Assembly (NCBI GenBank): GCA_042218325.1
Contig: JBDGRE010000001.1
Location: 144,990-208,989, forward strand
From: Candidatus Nanohaloarchaea archaeon
GTDB taxonomy: Archaea > Nanohalarchaeota > Nanosalinia > Nanosalinales > Nanosalinaceae
Reading direction: 5' to 3'
Length of the DNA stretch: 64,000 nt
The position numbers and the translations under genes were made by a program. Below are positions 58,481-64,000 of this stretch, piece after piece. Below the pieces are notes generated by a model, which did not search any database, was not told where the DNA came from, and saw nothing but the letters and a program-made list of their open reading frames with translations. Positions within the stretch are counted from its first letter, which is position 1. Every line of letters starts with the position of its first letter.

Positions 58481-58575
58481 TACTCGGGATCATGAGGGTG
58501 GTTTCGAAAACCTGACGGTTTTTCTCAGATGATCGAACTTTCGGAAGTTCGATCCAGTAAACCACCCCGCCTTCC
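58481..58575 (-). repeat. 18-bp duplicate of tRNA-Pro leader/5' end, two hairpins and inverted copy
   Basis: 58558-58575 equals 58463-58480; hairpins at 58531-58554 and 58506-58524; AAACCACCCT is complementary to the copy. Confidence 0.88.
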
Positions 58576-58632
58576 GTATGTAGGGCAAGCTGGAATCGAG
58601 TTTTTTAAACCGTTTACACCCCAATTCTCACT

Positions 58633-59691
58633 ATGGACGAGAAAGTGGTCGTGCTTGGTGCAGGATTCGCCGGCCTCCGGGCCGCACTAGAACTCGATGG
58701 CAAGGGATACGAAGTGACTTTGGTGGATCTCAGGAAGGAGCACGAGTACACGCCCGGTGTCATAGACGCGCTCCGCGGCCGCGTACCGGATGGGAAACTC
58801 AAGCTCGACATCGAGGATTTCCTCCGAGGTACAGGGGTCGAGTTCGAGCACGCCGGAGTAGAGAGAGTGGTTCCCGGCGCGAAAAAGGTCGTGACAGGTG
58901 ACGGAGAGATACAGTACGGGAGCCTCGTGGTATCGCTCGGCGGAGAGCCGAGGACGTTCGGGATGGATGTCTCGGACGCACACCGCATGTACAGCCTCGA
59001 ATCTGCAAAGGAGATAGCGTCGGGACTGGAGGACGTGGAAACAGTACTGGTAGTCGGCTCGGGCTACGTCGGCATAGAGACCGCGGGAGAGCTTGAGGCC
59101 GCGGGTAAAGAGGTGAAGGTCGTGGACGCGGCGACGCGCCCGATGAAGGGTTCACCGGAGAAGGCCTCTCACCTCGTCCTTGACTACATAGATGGCAGAG
59201 ATATAGACTTCACAGGCGGCAAGCGGGTCGTCGAGGTCGGGGAAGACTACGTCGAGACCGGGGACGGCGACCGCCTGGAGGCGGACATGGTGATATGGGC
59301 TGGCGGCGTCCAGGCCTCGGAGGTTGTGCAGGAATCCTTCGAGGTGGAGGTGCAGGGCATGCCGGTGAACTCGGGCCTGTCATCGGAACAGTTCACCGAC
59401 GTATTCGCGGCTGGCGACAGCGCGGATACCGGAGCCGTAGATACTGCACACAACGCGATACAGCAGGCGGAGCTCGTCGCGGAGAACGTCGAGAAGGCGG
59501 AGGACGAGCAGCTGGAGCGTTACGAGCCGGGTGAGACCCCGCTCGTAGTCAGCATAGGTAAAACAGGCATATTCATGTACGGCGACTTCGTGGTCAAGAA
59601 CCGGCTTCTCCGCTATCTCAAGGACCTCGTGAGGGTCAAGTACTTCACGCGGTTGAGGCTGGCGAAGCTCCGGTCGCGGCTGCGGCTATAA
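58633..59691 (+). CDS. NAD(P)/FAD-dependent oxidoreductase (type II NADH dehydrogenase-like)
   Basis: LGAGFAG, VGSGYVGIE, IWAGG, FAAGD, amphipathic C-terminus. Confidence 0.88.
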   Translation: MDEKVVVLGAGFAGLRAALELDGKGYEVTLVDLRKEHEYTPGVIDALRGRVPDGKLKLDIEDFLRGTGVEFEHAGVERVVPGAKKVVTGDGEIQYGSLVVSLGGEPRTFGMDVSDAHRMYSLESAKEIASGLEDVETVLVVGSGYVGIETAGELEAAGKEVKVVDAATRPMKGSPEKASHLVLDYIDGRDIDFTGGKRVVEVGEDYVETGDGDRLEADMVIWAGGVQASEVVQESFEVEVQGMPVNSGLSSEQFTDVFAAGDSADTGAVDTAHNAIQQAELVAENVEKAEDEQLERYEPGETPLVVSIGKTGIFMYGDFVVKNRLLRYLKDLVRVKYFTRLRLAKLRSRLRL

Positions 59692-60498
59692 CAGCAGCGC
59701 GAGCGCAGCGACCAGCGCGGCGCCGCAAACCGTGGAGGCAACGGAGTGGAACCTTACCTCGTCCATCTCCATGTGCAGAGGGTCTTCCTCTGCGTGCAGC
59801 AGCTTCCGTAGGTGGGATTCAGGCTCGGGGTCCGGCAGGAAATCCAGTGCGACGTGCAAGAATATGCCGGCCGAGAATCCGAAGAACAGTGCCTGTATGA
59901 TTTCAGATAGTGCGAGCGGGTAGTTGAAGGAGAGCAGCGACATCACGCCGACGCCGGAGGCCGGTACGAGCAGGGCCGGCCAGTAGTTCTTGCCTTCTTT
60001 CCTCAGCCGGTCCGCCACCATGTAGCCCGCCGGGAGCTTGTGCGAGACTATCGCTATACCGAGAAGGATGCTTACCGTAGGCATCTGCTGGTAGATAAGC
60101 CCTATCACGAGGCCTGCTGCCGCGGAGTGGATGGATACCGACCAGAACGTGTTGAGGCCTTTCCGGGAGTGGGAGAGTTCGTGTGAAAGCGTGTGCAGTG
60201 CGAGTCCTGACAGGAAACCCGCGAGCACCCCGGTAGCGCCGACCATCCGGGACAGGTCGAGCGCCTGCGGCAACACGAAGAAAAGTATGGAGGCCAGCGC
60301 CGCACCACCGGAGAGGCCGTAGCTCCACACCATCGCGTTCACCGACTCGTTATCGCGTCCCGCGAACAGGCCGCCGAGCACGGTCGCCGTGAATGCAATC
60401 CATGCGATGGCCACGACCTTCGGCCCTTCCAGGCTGACCGCCGAGAGGCCGATAAGCAGGAGCATCGACAGCGCGCCTGCCTGTTTGATGTTTTCCAT
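59686..60498 (-). CDS. ZIP family metal transporter
   Basis: Multi-TM; IHS, SHKLPAG, AGIFLHV. Confidence 0.85.
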   Translation of the reverse strand: MENIKQAGALSMLLLIGLSAVSLEGPKVVAIAWIAFTATVLGGLFAGRDNESVNAMVWSYGLSGGAALASILFFVLPQALDLSRMVGATGVLAGFLSGLALHTLSHELSHSRKGLNTFWSVSIHSAAAGLVIGLIYQQMPTVSILLGIAIVSHKLPAGYMVADRLRKEGKNYWPALLVPASGVGVMSLLSFNYPLALSEIIQALFFGFSAGIFLHVALDFLPDPEPESHLRKLLHAEEDPLHMEMDEVRFHSVASTVCGAALVAALALLL

Positions 60499-60673
60499 GG
60501 CCCGGACTTGTCCTCGAACGCTTAAAAACCACGCGCCCCTACCCCGTATTTGTAATACAAAACCCGGGTCTTTTTGGTTTATAGACCGATTTCGTAATTC
60601 GATTGGATTACATATGTGTATGCTGGCCCGGCCGGAGCAAAGCTTTTTCTTGCAGCGGCATCCTCTTCAGGGT

Positions 60674-62047
60674 ATGGAAGAGTTCGACGTGATAGTGATA
60701 GGTGCAGGATCCGGGCTGGACGTGGCCTCGGCGTACGCTTCCCGCGGCCAGGACGTCGCGGTAGTGGAACCGGGACCGCTCGGAGGGACCTGCCTCAACC
60801 GGGGATGCATACCCTCGAAGATGCTGATACACCGGGCCGACATAGTGGAGACCGTGGAAGACGCGGACCGCTTCGGTATAGACGCAGAGGTAGAGGATAT
60901 AGAGTTCGAGAAGATAGTCGAAAAGGTCAACGAGACAGTGGCCGAGGACGCCAGGTCGATAAAACGCGGTATCCGGGACTCCGAACACCATACGCTGTTC
61001 GAGTCAGAGGCCCGTTTCGTCGACGAGAAAGTCGTGGAAGTAGACACAGATTCCGGGGATGCCGTGAAGATAACGGCGGAAACGATAATGGTCGCGGCGG
61101 GCTCAAGACCGATGGTACCACCTGTTGACGGCATGGAGGATGTCGACTACCTGACGAGCAGGGAGGCCCTGGAGCTCCAGGAGCTCCCGGAAGAGCTCGT
61201 CGTGGTGGGCGGGGGCTACATAGCAGCGGAGCTCGCGCATTTCTTTGACAGGATGGGCTCAGACATAACCATAATCGAGATGGGCGACACTCTCATAGGC
61301 AACGAGGACCGCGAGATCGCGGAAAAGTTCACGGGTCTCGCACAGGATATATGGGATGTCAACCTCGGCCTCAGGGCCTCGAGGGTAGAAGAGACCGGAG
61401 GGAAGATAAGAGTCGTGGCGGAGGATGAAGACGGTAACAGCCATTCTTTCGCCGGCGACGAACTCCTGGTGGCCGCCGGCAGAGTGCCCAACTCGGACCG
61501 TCTCGACGTCGAGGAGGCCGGGATAGAGACGGATGACCGGGGGTTCATCGAGACCGATGAGTACCTCGAGACCTCCGTAGAAGGGGTCTACGCGCTCGGC
61601 GATATCGCCGGCAACTGGATGTTCAAGCACTCGGCGAAGCTCGAGGCAGAGTACGCCTTCAGGAACTCCCTTTCAGGGAACGAGAAGCCGCTGGAGAACG
61701 AAGCGATGCCGCACGCTATCTTCTCTTCGCCACAGGTGGCGGGCGTCGGCAGCACAGAACAGGAGCTGGAGGAGTCTGGCCAGGACTACGTGAAGGCGAC
61801 CTACGACTACAGTGACACCGGTATGGGCCTTGCCCTGAAAGAGGAGGACGGTTTCGTGAAGGTGCTTGCCTCGGAGGATGGCGAGATACTCGGATGCCAT
61901 ATCATCGGTCCCCAGGCATCAAGCATAATCCACGAGGTACTGGTCGCGATGAACGCTGGCACGGGACACGTCGAGGACATCCAGGACACTGTCCACATCC
62001 ACCCGGCGCTGAACGAGGTCGTCCAGAGAGCATTCAAACGGCTCTAA
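60674..62047 (+). CDS. class I pyridine nucleotide-disulfide oxidoreductase (dihydrolipoyl dehydrogenase family)
   Basis: IGAGSG, GGTCLNRGCIPSK, GGGYIAAE, HIHPALNE; start at MEEFDV. Confidence 0.92.
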   Translation: MEEFDVIVIGAGSGLDVASAYASRGQDVAVVEPGPLGGTCLNRGCIPSKMLIHRADIVETVEDADRFGIDAEVEDIEFEKIVEKVNETVAEDARSIKRGIRDSEHHTLFESEARFVDEKVVEVDTDSGDAVKITAETIMVAAGSRPMVPPVDGMEDVDYLTSREALELQELPEELVVVGGGYIAAELAHFFDRMGSDITIIEMGDTLIGNEDREIAEKFTGLAQDIWDVNLGLRASRVEETGGKIRVVAEDEDGNSHSFAGDELLVAAGRVPNSDRLDVEEAGIETDDRGFIETDEYLETSVEGVYALGDIAGNWMFKHSAKLEAEYAFRNSLSGNEKPLENEAMPHAIFSSPQVAGVGSTEQELEESGQDYVKATYDYSDTGMGLALKEEDGFVKVLASEDGEILGCHIIGPQASSIIHEVLVAMNAGTGHVEDIQDTVHIHPALNEVVQRAFKRL

Positions 62048-62596
62048 CCGGGGTACTCATGCCTTGCTACGTCGCTGGCTATCACATGGCCTTCTATCGC
62101 CGATTCGAGTTCCTCCCCCGTCGCTCCCGGCCGGAGTTCGAGCCGCGTGTCAAGTGCGAACGCCCGGATGCGGTAGGTGTGTCCCGGTCGGCGGGCATGG
62201 GCCGCTATAGCCGGTGTTATCGAAGTCGTTGGTGCCCTGCACGATCCCGTTTTGGAGTTTTTTCCTCGCCGGTAGGCCTTCCGGGATGCTCTTCGAAGTT
62301 ATGTTCCAGGCTACCCAGTGGTCGAACACTCTCGTGGGGGCGTCGGGGTCATCCATTATCAGTGCGACAGTCTCGGTACCGTCCGGCAACCGGCTGAAGC
62401 TTACAGGTGGCGAGATGTTCCGGCCGTCGCAGGTGTACTTCTGCGGTACGCTGCCGCTGAAACCTGCCTCCACTTCCATGGGGTCCTTGGCCTTTTTCTC
62501 GCCGTTCTCTTCACTGGGCACTAAGAAAGTCATCCCGACCCCGGTCACGAGCGCGAGCGCAAGTAACGCGACCTGCCAGCCCTGTACTCCCTTCAT
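62044..62596 (-). pseudogene. YbhB/YbcL (PEBP) family protein, frameshift near the C-terminus (or sequencing error)
   Basis: YTCDG.NISPP, DDPDAP, HWVAWN, GPCPP; restoring one AC unit at ~62180 gives HTYRIRAFALD... ending at TAG 62044. Confidence 0.85.
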
Positions 62597-62680
62597 GCCA
62601 AAAAAGTTTCAGGGTTCTCTCGGCTATAAATCCTTCTGCTGACAGGAAAGCTTGATTAATAACTGCTCCAAAATCAGGCC

Positions 62681-63484
62681 GTGAGAGCTGTAAAGCAGGA
62701 ACCTGTTTCTGGAGATGACTGGCTCGGCTTCGACTGGTCGGACTGGTCGCTCCTTGAGCCAGGGACAGGCAAAGTGTCTTCGCTGCCCGAGACGCCAGGG
62801 TTCTTCCGTATAAAAAAGGTGGAGAGCGAGGATCTCGACTACGTGGGCCAGACTGGCCGCAGCCTGAGGGAGCGTATAATCCACCTCGCCAACAGGGTCC
62901 GTACCGACGAGAGGCCGCGTGACTCGAATTCCTCGGCGGAGCATCTCTGGGAGCTGAAGGATTTCGGCGGCCGGTTCGAGTTCTCCTACGCCAACCCGAA
63001 CATCTCGCGTTCCGAAACGGACCGGATAGGCCTTGAGAACGTGATGTTCGCGGCCCACATAAAGCACAGGGGCCGCAGCCCGACTGTCAACCTCGACAGG
63101 AGGTTCGGCTAGGAGGAGAAGTCCGGCGTTCTTGGTTCTCTCGACTGGGGTTCTTCCGGTATGACTGAAGATGACTGGATGGGCCTTGTCTGGTGCAGGC
63201 CCATGGAGCTCGGCAACCGAACAGAGATCGAGGATTCGAAGGTCGTCTACCGCATATGGTTCCCGGGCTTCGCACCGCCGCTCGCCTACATCGGCAAGAG
63301 CACGAACGTCGCGAACCGGCTGATCAAGCACGAGAAGAAGTTCGGCTCCGGGGAGCTTTTCTCCGTCGCACCTCTCGAATCGAACCTGAAGGATGTCGGG
63401 GCCTCGCTTATCGCGAACCACTACATCCGCACGAACACGCTGCCCAAGGGCCAGGACGGCAGGCGGAACAGGTTCTCCTTCTAA
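62681..63484 (+). pseudogene. tandem GIY-YIG-like domain protein; in-frame TAG at 63110-63112
   Basis: Two repeats: WLGFDWS...GFFRI...YVGQT...LRERI and WMGLVWC...VYRI...YIGKS...ANRL; both ORFs share one frame. Confidence 0.7.
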
Positions 63485-63522
63485 ACGGTATCTTTAATTT
63501 CTCCAGCACGGAAACAGGTTCT

Positions 63523-63993
63523 ATGACCGACGCAGGGAAGGAAGCACAGGACATCAGGGTCGTAGCATCCTCCTCTATCTACCAGGGCCTGAGATCCGTC
63601 CAGGCCGGGGCAAGCAGCGAAGTAGAGGACAAACTCGTGGAAGAGGGGCTCGTAGAACGTTCCGGTGGCGAACCCGAGGTCGTCCACGCCGCCTTCGAGG
63701 ATATGTGGTTCGAGCTCTGGGAGCAGGAGGCCGAAGAAGAGCTCCGGGTCCCGGAAACTTTCTCGGAGTTCCTCCGCGGCTACGTGAGCTCCTACCTTGA
63801 AACGCAGAGCCACTCCAATATCTACAGGATGCTGAAGCCTGACTTCCTGCACGGCCTTATACTTGCTAGCCAGCGGAACGAGACTTCTCCAGATTTAGAG
63901 GAGCTTGAGCACCAGCTAAAGGACGGCTTCAGCAAGAATCACTACGTGGCCGACCATGTAATAGAAGGAGTTCGGGAAGCCAAGAGAAGTTAA
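63523..63993 (+). CDS. hypothetical acidic protein
   Basis: ATG ~25 nt after TTTAAT; acidic composition typical of this proteome. Confidence 0.6.
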   Translation: MTDAGKEAQDIRVVASSSIYQGLRSVQAGASSEVEDKLVEEGLVERSGGEPEVVHAAFEDMWFELWEQEAEEELRVPETFSEFLRGYVSSYLETQSHSNIYRMLKPDFLHGLILASQRNETSPDLEELEHQLKDGFSKNHYVADHVIEGVREAKRS

Positions 63994-64000
63994 AAGCCCC

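Noticed and set aside
58495-58571. Type III hammerhead-like layout in the tRNA-Pro leader (CUGA...GAAAC, three stems)
   Set aside because: The core reads CUGAGAA rather than CUGANGA, and stem I does not pair next to the putative cleavage site.
32177-58575. Split or permuted tRNA genes as the explanation for the tRNA-end duplicates
   Set aside because: Each locus already has a complete, correctly ordered cloverleaf, and the duplicates are only 16-23 nt.
1-64000. CRISPR array, transposase, integrase or prophage
   Set aside because: No regularly spaced repeats and no ORF with recognisable Cas, DDE, tyrosine-recombinase or virion motifs.
1-64000. Genome-wide stop codon reassignment
   Set aside because: TAG, TAA and TGA all terminate conserved genes at the expected positions.

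Overview
This is a gene-dense, GC-rich archaeal window with a strongly acidic proteome, TATA boxes about 25-30 nt before start codons and a stand-alone 5S rRNA. It most likely comes from a halophilic DPANN archaeon such as Nanohaloarchaeota (inference). It holds: surface-protein genes and MinD (1-6.5 kb); ppsA; a ~14 kb type IV pilus locus with eight class III signal-peptide proteins, ATPase, two platform proteins, prepilin peptidase, two coiled-coil proteins and an archaeosortase (9.3-23.3 kb); a Hef / HerA-like ATPase / resolvase-like run; SRP RNA; four tRNAs (Cys, Ser, Tyr, intron-containing Pro); cysS, ileS and RNA-modification genes; many nucleotide hydrolases; a DsbA/DsbB pair; and flavin oxidoreductases. 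The most unusual signal is at the tRNA genes. All four are flanked by short hairpin modules that share sequence motifs, and three show a tRNA-end copy / reverse-complement / real tRNA-end arrangement that the tRNA-Pro intron echoes. Also notable are an SRP RNA lacking helix 6 with a UGAC helix-8 loop, a PpsA with a C-terminal winged-helix fusion, and seven broken reading frames, all beyond 36 kb. All family assignments come from reading motifs by eye; no database search was run.
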